Shown here piece by piece: positions 38,295-48,367 of a stretch of DNA of 64,000 nt (position 1 is the first letter of the stretch; every line of letters starts with the position of its first letter). Origin of the DNA: an uncultured bacterium (lineage in GTDB: Bacteria > Verrucomicrobiota > Kiritimatiellia > PWTM01); assembly GCA_937139365.1 (NCBI GenBank), contig CAKZPT010000091.1:1974-65973 (forward strand), in the 5' to 3' direction. The translations under genes were made by a program, and so were the position numbers. The notes beneath the pieces were generated by a model, which ran no database searches, was not told where the DNA came from, and saw only the letters and a list, made by a program, of their open reading frames with translations.

Positions 38295-41200
38295 TCAACG
38301 GCCGGGACTGGGCGGGCGCTCGCCCGCCGGCGGGTCCGGGACCGGCGTCGGCCCACGCGACGCCGGCGGCTCGGCGCGGAAAAACTCTTCGATCGGCATA
38401 AGGTTTTCGGCGGAATAGCCGACGTATTTCAACGAGGGGATGGTGGAGACGGCCGCGCGCCAGCGAGAACTCTCGGAGGGGACCACTAGCGAGGTCAGCG
38501 TGCGGCACCGGGCAAGCGGAGCCAGGTCGCGAACGTGCAAAGCCCCTGCCAGGTCGAGATACGTCAACGGCAGATCGGCCAAAGGCGAAAGGTCGACGAC
38601 GCGGGTGCGCCCGATGGTCAGGTGTCTCAAGGGCGCTCCCCGGAGCGGGGAGAGATCGTCCACGGCGCAAGCGCGCACGGACAACGTCTCCAGCGGCATT
38701 CCGCGCAACGGAGACAGGGAGTTGACCTCCTGCAGGCCGTTGGCGATCAACGACTGAAGGCGCAATCCGGCCAGCGGCGCCAGGGAGGCCATGGGGTTCC
38801 CGCTGATGTTGAGTTCCTTGAGCGGCAGGGCCTTCAACGGCGTCAGATCCTTCACCCCAGGGCATGCGGCGATGTTCAGCGACTCGATCGGTGAGTCAGA
38901 CAACGGCGAGAGGTCCGTGACCGCGGTGTCCGCGATGGAGAGCGTCGTCAGCGGCATGCCGCGCAGCGGCTTTAGGTCATCCACCCGCGCGCAGCCGTCC
39001 AAGGCGAGCTCCTCCAGCGCCATGCCGGTCAGGGGCCGCAGCGAAGCCAGATGCGAATTCTGCCGGACCGCCAGGCGCTTCAGCGGCATGCCGGCCAGGG
39101 GTGCCAGGTTGGAGATTCGATTCTCGGACACGTCGAGGGATTCGATCTGCAATCCCGAGACGATCGTCAGGCTGTCGATGGCGCAGCGGATGAGGGCCAG
39201 GCGCCGCAGCGGGAGGGCGCGGAGGCCGTCGTAGGTTTCCAGGCGCGCACCGCGCAGTTCAAGTTCCTGGATCGGCAGTCCGCGCAGCACCGACAGATCG
39301 CGCCAGCCGGGCGCGGTGGCCGTCACCCGCACCAAGGGCAGCCCCGCCAGCGGCGCCAGGGACGTCACCTGCGGACCGGCCGCGCCGTCAAGGACGAGTT
39401 CGAGGCCGTCGGGGACGGGCCGCAACAGCGCGTCGGGCGGGGCCGTCAGGGAGGGATTGGCACGACGTAGCCCCTCGCGGGCGCGGTCGAGCACGGCCGG
39501 CTCCACTTCTCGAGGGTACGTGTTGACCTTTTCGATCGCCCGAAGCACGTCCTCCATCTCGGCGGCGTGCCGAGTGGTACCGTGGATGCGGCGGAACTCG
39601 GCGGCGGCGGCGCGAATGTTGGCGAGGTCGGCGGCGGGGAACGCCGTGCGGCGGATGCGGGCGGCGATCTCGGTGGGGGGGAGGCCCTCCGGAATGTTGA
39701 GCCGGCGCAGCAGCGTTGCGAGCGCGCGCTGGGCAGTGGATTCGGCGGCGGCCTGCAACTCCGTGTCGAGGGCCATCAACATGCGCCGGGCGACCTCGTC
39801 GCTCGCGACGGCCTCAAGCTGCTTGCGAGCCATCGGCAAGTTGTTGGCCTCGATCAGAAGGAGGGCCTGCAGGATGCGGTTGGCGGGCGATGGCACGCGC
39901 TCCAGACGGCGGAATTTTTCGGACGGCGCCAACTCTGCGTAACTGAACGACCGCTCCACGTAACCGCCGCCGACCTTCCGGCGGGCGGCGACCGCGGACC
40001 CGTTGACTCCGGTGATCTCCCAGTGCTCAGATCCGCCATTGGATTGGATCTCGATCGTCCGGCCGGCGTCGACGCGGAAGGCGTCGAGGACCAATTCGCG
40101 CATTCGCTGTGCCGCGAGGAGGATGTTGCGGAAGGCCACCAGCTCGGGTGCGGATGGATCCATCTGGGCCTCCCGGCAGCCCTCGTCAAAGGCGGCGAGC
40201 GCCGCCGCGGGGTTCAGCCGGACGAGTTGCCGCGCGGCCTCCCGGTGGGCGCGCTCCATCGTGTCCTGGGCGGCTTGCGCGCGACGGGCCTCGGCCTCCT
40301 CCTCCAGCTTGCGGATTCGCTCGATCTCCTGTTTCCGGGCCGCCTCCGTCTCGCGTGCCCAGGGGCCGTCGTATTCTTCGAGGAGGCGGCGGGCGCCGTC
40401 GAAGTCGCCCGCCTCGACCAGGGGAGTGACCGACTGGCGGAGCTCCTCGACGGCGCGGCGGATCTCCTCAGTCATGCGCTTGCGGAGAGCCGCGATCTGG
40501 GTCATCGCGAGCTTGGCGAACTCCGTACCCTCGGCCTCGCGGTGGAACGCGCTCCAGATCTGCAGGCCCTCCTTTGGCGACGCCGCGTGTCGCTCCTGCT
40601 GGGCGATCAGCTCCTTATACTGCGCTTCGAGGGCATCCATCTTCTGGGGTCGCTCCTCGAGCGGCGGGGCGGGCGTGGAGGGTGCCACGGGCGGTGTCAG
40701 CGGGCTGTGCACGTGGCGAACGACAAACGACGCGAAGGCGGCTACGATCAACAGCGCGACCACGGTGATCGCAATCATCGCGGCCGTTTCGCCGGGCGTA
40801 CGCCGCCGCCGCTGGGCGCCGCTGTCGCGCAGGGCGCTGAGCTCGGCGGCCGTCAGGCGCAGACGGTTCGTCGGCTCGGCCGGCAGGGCGCTGTGCACCG
40901 GCGGCTTGCCGGCCAGACAGCGGTCCATGTCGGTCAACAGCTCTTTCCAGGTGGAGTATCGCTCGGCGCGGTCGCGGGCCAGCATGCCGCCGAGCAGGGC
41001 GACGACGTTGGCGGAGATCTGCGGATTGAGGCTGCGCGGGTCCGGTAGGGGCTCCTCGAACTTGCGGCGAAGCGTTTCCTCCTGCGTGTCGGCCGCGTAG
41101 GGAAGCTGGCCGGTGAGCATGTGGTAGAGGGTGGCGCCGAGGGCGTAGATGTCCGACCGGCAGTCAAGGTCGTCGCGTCCCTCCGCCTGCTCGGGGCTCA

Positions 41201-41849
41201 TGTAGTTCGGCGTGCCTGCGACCCTCGGCTTGGCGTCCACCGCACCGGCGGTTTGCACGGAATGGGCGAGGCCCAGGTCGGCCAGCTTGGGCTCTCCGTG
41301 GGCGTCCACGAGGATGTTGCCGGGCTTGATGTCACGGTGGAGCAGTCGATGTTCCGTCCACGCGTATTCGAGCGCCCGCGCGATCTTCCGGACGATCTTC
41401 AGCGCCTCGCGTTCCGGGATGCGCCCATGGGCCGCCAGCCGGCGGTCAAGCGCCTCGCCGTTGACGTAGCTCATCGCGAGGTAGAGGTAGCCGCCGTCCT
41501 CCCCCGCCTCGTGGGCGGTGACGATGTTGGGATGCTCCAGCCGTGCGAGCGTTCGCACCTCCTGGATGAACCGCTGCTTGTCCTCTTCGCTGCGGGCATG
41601 GCCGGCGAGAATCTTCAGGGCGACCATGCGATCCATCGACAGCTGTCGGGCGAGGTAAACCTCGCCCATGCCGCCGGTGCCGATCAGGCGGTCGATCTTG
41701 AAGCCCCCAATCGTCACCCCGGGCCCGAGGCGCGCCTGGGGGACAGTCACCGACGTGTTGCACGCCGGGCACCTGACCTCCTGCCCTGCCGCCGAGGCGT
41801 CGATCGCCAGCTTGCTTTGGCAGGCTGGACACCGGAAACTGATCTCCAT
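38295..41849 (-). CDS. Ser/Thr protein kinase with leucine-rich repeats (LRR). Domains in order: N-terminal zinc-ribbon, kinase domain, single TM, coiled-coil, about 15 LRR units.
   Basis: Zinc ribbon CPACQSKLA...CPACN. Kinase motifs GGMGEVYLA, VALK, HRDIKPGNIL, DLGLA, SPEQ. TM helix IAITVVALLIVAAFASFVV. Repeats of the form L..L.L..N.I.DL.PL (e.g. LDVSENRISNLAPLAGMPLKRLAV). Confidence 0.8.
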   Translation of the reverse strand: MEISFRCPACQSKLAIDASAAGQEVRCPACNTSVTVPQARLGPGVTIGGFKIDRLIGTGGMGEVYLARQLSMDRMVALKILAGHARSEEDKQRFIQEVRTLARLEHPNIVTAHEAGEDGGYLYLAMSYVNGEALDRRLAAHGRIPEREALKIVRKIARALEYAWTEHRLLHRDIKPGNILVDAHGEPKLADLGLAHSVQTAGAVDAKPRVAGTPNYMSPEQAEGRDDLDCRSDIYALGATLYHMLTGQLPYAADTQEETLRRKFEEPLPDPRSLNPQISANVVALLGGMLARDRAERYSTWKELLTDMDRCLAGKPPVHSALPAEPTNRLRLTAAELSALRDSGAQRRRRTPGETAAMIAITVVALLIVAAFASFVVRHVHSPLTPPVAPSTPAPPLEERPQKMDALEAQYKELIAQQERHAASPKEGLQIWSAFHREAEGTEFAKLAMTQIAALRKRMTEEIRRAVEELRQSVTPLVEAGDFDGARRLLEEYDGPWARETEAARKQEIERIRKLEEEAEARRAQAAQDTMERAHREAARQLVRLNPAAALAAFDEGCREAQMDPSAPELVAFRNILLAAQRMRELVLDAFRVDAGRTIEIQSNGGSEHWEITGVNGSAVAARRKVGGGYVERSFSYAELAPSEKFRRLERVPSPANRILQALLLIEANNLPMARKQLEAVASDEVARRMLMALDTELQAAAESTAQRALATLLRRLNIPEGLPPTEIAARIRRTAFPAADLANIRAAAAEFRRIHGTTRHAAEMEDVLRAIEKVNTYPREVEPAVLDRAREGLRRANPSLTAPPDALLRPVPDGLELVLDGAAGPQVTSLAPLAGLPLVRVTATAPGWRDLSVLRGLPIQELELRGARLETYDGLRALPLRRLALIRCAIDSLTIVSGLQIESLDVSENRISNLAPLAGMPLKRLAVRQNSHLASLRPLTGMALEELALDGCARVDDLKPLRGMPLTTLSIADTAVTDLSPLSDSPIESLNIAACPGVKDLTPLKALPLKELNISGNPMASLAPLAGLRLQSLIANGLQEVNSLSPLRGMPLETLSVRACAVDDLSPLRGAPLRHLTIGRTRVVDLSPLADLPLTYLDLAGALHVRDLAPLARCRTLTSLVVPSESSRWRAAVSTIPSLKYVGYSAENLMPIEEFFRAEPPASRGPTPVPDPPAGERPPSPGR

Positions 41850-42314
41850 TCAGGCTGGGCTCGCTTTTAGCGTGGCCCTGATAGTAGGGGACCGCTGGGG
41901 CTCCATCAACCCTTCCGGTCGGGACCGCGGGTTGGACGGCGCGAACAGCCATGAACATTAAAGTGTTGGAAGCGGCCTTGCGCGCTGCCGGCTACGTTAC
42001 CGGCGTCGCTGGTGCCCTCCTGACTGCCCGGGCCGGCGCCGATGGGACTGCTCGCCGGATCGGTTTTGTTCTGCTGATTTTGATGTTCGCGGCCTTTCTT
42101 GCGGCGATGTCGCTGCGGGTTGCGGACCAATGGCTTTCGGTTCAACGGCGGGTGCGCGGCGTCCGGATTCGTTCCTCCGAACAACGCCGGGACGGCGAGC
42201 AGGGCCGACAGAGCCGCTAGCATGCGGCGACGGTTCATGGTTGGCCCCATAGCCCCAAGGCGGGGCGCGGACATGAAGCGCAGGCCCGGCTGTTCGGCGA
42301 ACGCCGGGGACCGG

Positions 42315-43499
42315 CTATTCGACGGACGAGAGGCGCCGCCGGAACGAGTCGGCCATGCCGCTGAGGAGGCTGTACATGGCCGGCACCAGTCCCAGCGTCA
42401 GCAGCGTGGCCGAGGTCAGACCGAACATGACGGCGACCGCCATCGGGGCCCACCAGGCGCTGGATTCGGACCCGGTGACCAGCCGCCACGGCCACGTGTG
42501 GATGTCCAGACTCCACCCGACCGCCATCGGAAACAGCCCGAGCACCGTGGTCGCCGCGGTGAGCAGGACGGGGCGCAGCCTACGGACACCGGCGACGACG
42601 ATCGCCTGGTGGCGGTCCATGCCCTGTGCCCGGAGCTGTCGGATGCAGTCGATCAGCACGATCGCGTTGTTGACGACGAAGCCGGCCAGCGTGATGACGC
42701 CCAGACCCGTCATGATGATGCCGAACTTCATCCGGCGGAGGATCAGGCGCCACATCACGCCGACCAGCGACAGCAGGACCGAGGAGAAGACAATGCCCGG
42801 GATTAAAACGGAGTTGAACTGGAGGACCAGGATCACGAGGATCGCCGCGCTGGCGACCATGAACGCGTGGAGCAGAAACCGGGCCGACTGCTGCATCTGG
42901 CGGTTCTCGCCGGTGAAGGCGACCGCGCACCCCGGCGGCACCGGCACGGCGGCCACCCGCGCCTTGACGTCGCGCAGGATCCGGTCCACGCCCCGGCCGG
43001 CGTCGTTGCCGCTGATCTTGATGACGCGCTTCTGGTCCTTGCGCTGGATGGCGACGCGGCCGGCCGCGTAGCGGAACGTCCCCAGCGACGTGATCGGGAC
43101 GGCGGCGCCAGACGGCGTCGGGATGCGCAACCGTTCCGTCCAGTCGAGCGTGGCGCGCTGGTCCGCGGGCAGGCGGACGGTAATGTCGTACTCCTCGGTC
43201 TCGCCCCGGAAGCGCCCCGCCTCGACGCCGTAGAGCGCCATGCGCAGGAACGTCCCGATCGACCGCGTGTCGCCGCCCAGCATCGCGGCCCGCTCGCGGT
43301 CGACGTGGAACTGGAGTTCGGGCAGCGCGTCCTCGAAGTCGTCGCGGAGGTCCACCAGCCCGGGGACGTCGGCGACGGCGCGGGCGATCTCGACGCCACG
43401 TTCGGCCTGTTCCACCGTGCGAGACGACGCCGCGACGGCCGCCGCCTCCCGCAGCCGAAGAATTGCCTCCTCCACCTCGAGCTGGATCGTCCGCTCCAT
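42315..43499 (-). pseudogene. C-terminal half (about 390 aa) of an RND (AcrB/HAE1-type) efflux transporter. The N-terminal roughly 650 aa are absent.
   Basis: Covers the second periplasmic loop plus TM8-12 (..RFLLHAFMVASAAILVILVLQFNSVLIPGIVFSSVLLSLVGV...). The ORF begins inside the periplasmic loop, with no TM7. The upstream space is occupied by the ABC exporter gene on the other strand. Confidence 0.6.
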
Positions 43500-43547
43500 C
43501 TCGTCGAGGTCCGCCCGAGCCGATTCGAGGATAAAGCCGAAACAATG

Positions 43548-43591
43548 TCAACCGGCCGGGGGCGCGCCGGGCGGCGCGCGCGGCCGGTTGA
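43548..43591. repeat. GC-rich palindromic hairpin (11-bp perfect inverted repeat TCAACCGGCCG/CGGCCGGTTGA around a 22-nt loop containing GGCGCGCC)
   Basis: Read directly from the sequence. It lies between the truncated RND start (43499) and the ABC exporter start (43638). Confidence 0.7.
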
Positions 43592-43637
43592 CTTCCGGCG
43601 GCGGGGCGGGGAACCTGTCGCGTTTTCGGGATTTCGT

Positions 43638-45395
43638 GTGAACCGTTCCGTTCCAACCCATCCACGTCTCTCGGCGTACGTGTTCGAGCACCGGGGCGCG
43701 GTGGCGCTGTCGGTGGCGTGCGTGATCGCCGCGGTGTCGGCGCAGACCTATGCCCCGGTGGTGATCCGCGGGATCGTGGACGGGCTGGCGGCGGGCGCGC
43801 TGGATCGGGCCGGCTTGTGGCGGGGAACGGCGCTGTTTCTGGCGGTGACGCTGGCCGGCGGCGCGGCGTCGCTGTGGATGCGCGGCGTGCCGCTGCGCAT
43901 GAGCCACCGGGTGGAGCGGGCGCTGCGGCGGGACCTGTTTCGGCATCTGGCGACCCTCGACCCTGGGTTCTACCGGTCCATACGGACCGGCGACCTGATG
44001 ACGCGGATGGTGTCCGACGTGGCGATGGTCCGGGAGTTCGTCGGCCAGGGCATCCTGCAGGGCGTGCGCTCGGCGGTGGCGGCCATCGTGGCGTTCGGGG
44101 CGATGCTGGCGACCAGCCCCCGGCTGATGCTGGTGATGGCCGCGCTGTATCCTCCGCTGATCCTGGTCTTTTTTCTTCTGCTCGGGCTGATCCGCCGCCG
44201 CCACGAGGCGGCGCAGGAACAGCAGGCCGAGTTGTCCAACCACTGCCAGGAGACGTTCGCGGGGTTGCGGACGGTCCGGGCGCTGGCGGTGGAACACCTG
44301 CGCGAGGCGGCCTTCGAGCGCCACAGCCGGGAGGCGGCCCGGCGCAACCTGGCGCTGGCGTGGGTTCAAAACCCGTTGTGGCCACTCTTCGGGTTCGCCT
44401 TTGCCGCCAGCTCGCTGGCGCTGGTCCTTGTGGGGGGGCGGATGATCATGACGGGCCGGCTCACCATCGGGACCCTGGTCCAGTTCCAGCAGTACCTGCT
44501 CTACCTGCAGTGGCCGATGCTGGCCATCGGCTGGACGGCCAGCCTCATCCAGCGCGGCCGGGCCTCGTGGCGGAGGCTCTCGGAGATTCTGGAACGGGCG
44601 CCGGTCATCTGCGACGGCCCGCGCACCGACGGGTCACTCCGGGTGGTGGAGGGGGACATCGAGTTCGACGGCGTGTCGGTCGTCGTCGAGGGCCGGCCGC
44701 TGCTGCGGGACGTGCGACTGCGCATCCCGGCGGGGCGGGTCGTCGGCATCACAGGGCCGACGGCGGCCGGCAAGACGCTCCTCGCCTCGCTGCTGCCGCG
44801 CCTGCTCGACCCGAGCGAGGGCGCCGTCCGGATCGGGGGCCGCGATGTCCGCGAGTACCCGCTTGCGACGCTGCGGGCGGCGTTTGGCGTGGTGCTTCAG
44901 GAGCCGGTGCTGTTTTCCGACACGCTCGCGGGCAACCTGGCCTTCGGCCTGGAAGGGGCGGAGGACGAATGGCTCCGCCGCGTCGCCTGGCTGGCGCACC
45001 TGCACGAGGATGCGCAGGAGCTGCCACAGCAGTACGAGACGCTGGTGGGGGAACGCGGCGTGACGCTGTCCGGCGGTCAGCGCCGCCGGGCGGCGCTCGG
45101 CCGGGCCCTTGCGCGCCGGCCGCGTTACCTGGTGCTCGACGACGTCTTTTCGGCGGTGGATACGCAGACGGAGGCGGCGATCCTCGCCAAGCTCGGACCG
45201 GTGCTGCGGGAGGGGACGGCGCTGGTCGTCAGCCATCGTGCCTCGACGCTGCGCCGGACCGATTTCATCGTCGTCCTCGAGGAGGGCCGCATCACGGCCG
45301 TCGGCCCCCATGACGAGCTGATCGCGCGGCCGGGCTATTATCGCGACCTCGTCCGCCGCCAGGAGCTGGAGGCCCGGCTGGAGGAGCCGGCATGA
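43638..45395 (+). CDS. ABC exporter, fused permease/ATPase (subunit 1 of a heterodimeric pair)
   Basis: Six-TM exporter domain followed by Walker A GPTAAGKT, the signature LSGGQRRRAALGRAL, and Walker B YLVLDD. The start is tentatively GTG 43638, which lies before the first TM (RLSAYVFEH...). An upstream ATG 43545 would lie inside the palindrome. Confidence 0.75.
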   Translation: MNRSVPTHPRLSAYVFEHRGAVALSVACVIAAVSAQTYAPVVIRGIVDGLAAGALDRAGLWRGTALFLAVTLAGGAASLWMRGVPLRMSHRVERALRRDLFRHLATLDPGFYRSIRTGDLMTRMVSDVAMVREFVGQGILQGVRSAVAAIVAFGAMLATSPRLMLVMAALYPPLILVFFLLLGLIRRRHEAAQEQQAELSNHCQETFAGLRTVRALAVEHLREAAFERHSREAARRNLALAWVQNPLWPLFGFAFAASSLALVLVGGRMIMTGRLTIGTLVQFQQYLLYLQWPMLAIGWTASLIQRGRASWRRLSEILERAPVICDGPRTDGSLRVVEGDIEFDGVSVVVEGRPLLRDVRLRIPAGRVVGITGPTAAGKTLLASLLPRLLDPSEGAVRIGGRDVREYPLATLRAAFGVVLQEPVLFSDTLAGNLAFGLEGAEDEWLRRVAWLAHLHEDAQELPQQYETLVGERGVTLSGGQRRRAALGRALARRPRYLVLDDVFSAVDTQTEAAILAKLGPVLREGTALVVSHRASTLRRTDFIVVLEEGRITAVGPHDELIARPGYYRDLVRRQELEARLEEPA

Positions 45396-47209
45396 TCGAG
45401 GACGCCGTCGCGCTCCATCGCCGCGGGGCCACCGCCCGGCTGCTCGCCCGCGCACTGCGCTATGCTCGGCCGTACGCCGGCCATGTTCTTGTCTCGATCG
45501 CGCTGCTGATGCTGGTCTCGGCCGCCATCAATGCCCTCCCGCTGTTGATCCGCCGCGCGATCGACCGCCGCATCCTGGCGGCGGAGCTGCCGGTGGGCGT
45601 GCGCTGGAGCGGACTCGTTCAGGACGCCGCCTGGTTCCTCGTCCTGGCCGGCGGCGCCTTCGTGCTCCGCTTTCTGGAGAGCATGCTGACGGCGTGGATC
45701 GGCCAGCGCATCGTCCATAACGTGCGGATGGATGCCTTTCGCCGGGCGCAATCGCTGGACATGGCCATGCTCGATCGCACCCCCATAGGGCGCCTGATGA
45801 CGCGCCTGACCTCGGACATCGAGGCCGTTCAGCGGTTCATCACCGAGGGGCTGGTGGGCGGCGTGGCCGACCTCTTCATGCTGATCGGGGTGGTGGGGTT
45901 CATGTGGGCGCTCGACCGGCGGCTGGCGGCATGGACGCTGGCGGCCCTGCCGCCGATGGTCGCGGCGTTGGCGTGGGTCAACGTCCGGCTGCGCCGGGCC
46001 GGCCGCGAGATCCGCACTCGGGCCTCGGCCCTGAACAGCCTTCTGCAGGAGCAGATCGCGGGGATGACCACGATCCAGTTGTTCAACCGGGAGGAGCACG
46101 CCCGCCGCCAGCACGACGAGCGCAACGACGCACTGTTCCGCGCCCATCTGGACGAGGTCCGCTGGTTCAGCCTCTACTGGCCGGTCCTCGAGACCGCTCA
46201 GGCGGTCTCCATGGTGCTCGTTCTGGTGCTCGCCGTCGCGGGCCGGTCTTCCGGCGCGGCGGTCTCGGTCGGTGCGCTCGCGGCCTTTCTCGCGTACGTG
46301 CGCGAACTGTACCGCCCGATCGGTGCCCTGGCCGACAAGGCCGGCCTCCTGCAGCAGGCCGCCGTCTCCGCCGAACGGCTCTTCGACCTGCTCGACACGC
46401 CGGTGACGATCGCCGATCCGCTGGCGGCCGCCGCGCCGGAGATCCCCGACCCACCGGCGGGCGGCCCGGCCATCCGCTTCGACCATGTGTGGTTCGCCTA
46501 TTCGGGGGAGCACTGGGTGCTGCAGGACGTCGACCTGGACATCCGGCCTGGCGAGTCGGTGGCCGTCGTCGGGACCACCGGCGCAGGAAAGAGCACCCTG
46601 GCGGCGCTGCTGGCGCGATTCTACGACGTGACGCGGGGCGCGGTGCGCGTCGGCGGCGTCGACGTGCGCGAAGTGCCCCTGCGCGACCTGCGCCGACGCA
46701 TCGGCCTCGTACTGCAGGAACCGTTCCTCTTCTCCGGCACCATCGCGGAGAACATCGCGCTGGCCGACCCCGCCCGGCCGCGGGCGGACATCGAGGCGGC
46801 CGCCCGTTTTGTCCACGCGCACGAGTTCATCGAGCGGCTGCCCCGCGGGTACGACACGCTGGCGGGAGAGCGCGGCGGCACGCTCTCGGCCGGTGAAAAA
46901 CAACTGATTGCCCTAGCCCGCATCGCGTTGGCCGCCCCGCCGTTGCTGGTGGTGCTTGACGAGGCGACGTCGAGCGTGGACAGCGAAACCGAACACCGCA
47001 TCCAGCAGGCGATCCGCCGGCTGATGCGCGGTCGCACGACCCTGGCGATCGCTCACCGGCTTTCCACGATCCGCGACGCCGACCGCATCATCGTGTTGCG
47101 GCAAGGGCGCGTCGTTGCGCAGGGGCCTCACGAGGATCTGCTCCGGAGCAGTCCGTACTATCGGCGCCTCTACGAGCTGCTGGGTCTCGATACCGCGACG
47201 GCTGCCTGA
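45392..47209 (+). CDS. ABC exporter, fused permease/ATPase (subunit 2)
   Basis: Walker A GTTGAGKST, signature LSAGEKQLIALARIAL, Walker B LLVVLDEATS. Overlaps subunit 1 by 4 bp (ATGA). Confidence 0.8.
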   Translation: MIEDAVALHRRGATARLLARALRYARPYAGHVLVSIALLMLVSAAINALPLLIRRAIDRRILAAELPVGVRWSGLVQDAAWFLVLAGGAFVLRFLESMLTAWIGQRIVHNVRMDAFRRAQSLDMAMLDRTPIGRLMTRLTSDIEAVQRFITEGLVGGVADLFMLIGVVGFMWALDRRLAAWTLAALPPMVAALAWVNVRLRRAGREIRTRASALNSLLQEQIAGMTTIQLFNREEHARRQHDERNDALFRAHLDEVRWFSLYWPVLETAQAVSMVLVLVLAVAGRSSGAAVSVGALAAFLAYVRELYRPIGALADKAGLLQQAAVSAERLFDLLDTPVTIADPLAAAAPEIPDPPAGGPAIRFDHVWFAYSGEHWVLQDVDLDIRPGESVAVVGTTGAGKSTLAALLARFYDVTRGAVRVGGVDVREVPLRDLRRRIGLVLQEPFLFSGTIAENIALADPARPRADIEAAARFVHAHEFIERLPRGYDTLAGERGGTLSAGEKQLIALARIALAAPPLLVVLDEATSSVDSETEHRIQQAIRRLMRGRTTLAIAHRLSTIRDADRIIVLRQGRVVAQGPHEDLLRSSPYYRRLYELLGLDTATAA

Positions 47210-47239
47210 CGCGAGCGGACACCGCCGGCGCGACGGCGC

Positions 47240-48367
47240 CTACGGATCCCGGACCGTCCAGTGCCGGCCGTCGGGACCGCGAATCACCGCGCCATCTCGC
47301 GTCCAGCGGACCACCGCGCCCGGCGCCAACGGCACCTTGCTCTCGCCGCCCGGCACGTCGATGACGAACTGGGGGATCGCCAGGCCGGTCAGCCGCCGCC
47401 GCATCATCGCCACGAGTCGGAGGGCGCGCCGGAGGGGGACGCGAAAATGCCCCGCCCCACGCACCGGATCGCAGTGCAGCAGGTAGTACGGGCGTACCCG
47501 GATCTCGACCAGGCCGCGGAAGAGATCCTCCAGCGTCCGGGCATCGTCGTTCACGCCGCGGAGCAGAACCGTTTGGTTGCCGACCGGCACGCCGGCGTCG
47601 ACGAGCCGGCGGCAGGCCTCCGCGGAGGCCGGCGTGATCTCGGCCGGGTGGTTAAAATGCGTGTTGAGCCAGACCGGATGGTGCCGCCGAAGCACCCGGC
47701 ACACCGACCGCGTGATCCGCGCCGGCAGCAAAACGGGCATCCGAGTGCCAATCCGTATCACGCGGACGGTCGGGACGGCGCGCAGCGCGCCGAGCAACTC
47801 ATCCAGCCGTCGGTCGGAGAGGCACAGCGGATCGCCGCCAGTGACGAGCGCCTCCCGGACCTCCGGGTGACGCCGCAGCCATTCGGCCGCCCGGGCCGCA
47901 TCCGCCGCCGCCAGCGTCGCGCCGTTCGCGTTCGTGACCAGTTCGTTGCGACGCGTGCAGTGCCGGCAGCGAACCGCGCACTCGCGCGTGGCGCACAGCG
48001 CCACGCGATCCGCATAGCGCCGGATCACTCCGGGCACGACCGTGTGGCCCTCCTCGTCGAACGGATCCGGCGGCAGGCCGCGGTGGCGAAGCTCCTCGCG
48101 CAGGGGGACGCACATGCGCACGATCGGGTCGCGCGGCGACCATTCGCGGATGAGCGACGCGTAATACGGCGTGACCGCCATCGGCCATCCCGAGGACTCC
48201 GGGTCCGCCGCCCAGGGGACCGGGCCGGCCTTTCCCAGCCATCGGGCCAATTCCTCAGGGGTGCGAAGCCGCGCCCTCATCTGGACCGGCCACGGCGCCC
48301 CCGGGCTGACCCGGCGGGGCGTCCGCGACATTGACCGGATACGGCCGGCGGCGGTCCGTCTGGTCAT
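47240..48367 (-). CDS. KamA-family radical-SAM aminomutase (lysine 2,3-aminomutase / EpmB-like)
   Basis: Radical-SAM cluster CAVRCRHCTRR (Cx3Cx2C). KamA-type core (VTGGDPL ... RIGTRMPVLLPARIT). Stop codon TAG. The exact start is uncertain. Confidence 0.7.
   Translation of the reverse strand: MTRRTAAGRIRSMSRTPRRVSPGAPWPVQMRARLRTPEELARWLGKAGPVPWAADPESSGWPMAVTPYYASLIREWSPRDPIVRMCVPLREELRHRGLPPDPFDEEGHTVVPGVIRRYADRVALCATRECAVRCRHCTRRNELVTNANGATLAAADAARAAEWLRRHPEVREALVTGGDPLCLSDRRLDELLGALRAVPTVRVIRIGTRMPVLLPARITRSVCRVLRRHHPVWLNTHFNHPAEITPASAEACRRLVDAGVPVGNQTVLLRGVNDDARTLEDLFRGLVEIRVRPYYLLHCDPVRGAGHFRVPLRRALRLVAMMRRRLTGLAIPQFVIDVPGGESKVPLAPGAVVRWTRDGAVIRGPDGRHWTVRDP

Noticed and set aside
41951-42220. 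89-aa plus-strand ORF (two predicted TM helices), overlapping a 122-aa minus-strand ORF with an RRRML..signal-like N-terminus
   Set aside because: The plus-strand ORF has a low GC3 (about 68% against roughly 85-90% in the confident genes here) and no SD. The minus-strand ORF is low-complexity after the first 30 residues. Neither can be supported as a gene from sequence alone.
42580-44385. 601-aa minus-strand ORF; the same reasoning applies to the 9731-11290, 3615-4892, 15289-16794, 11064-12107 and 6055-7602 ORFs
   Set aside because: These are Arg/Pro-rich translations antisense to genes with clear domain homology (ABC exporter, histidine kinases, GltD-like, FGE gene, MscS). They have no motif content and are GC-frame artefacts.
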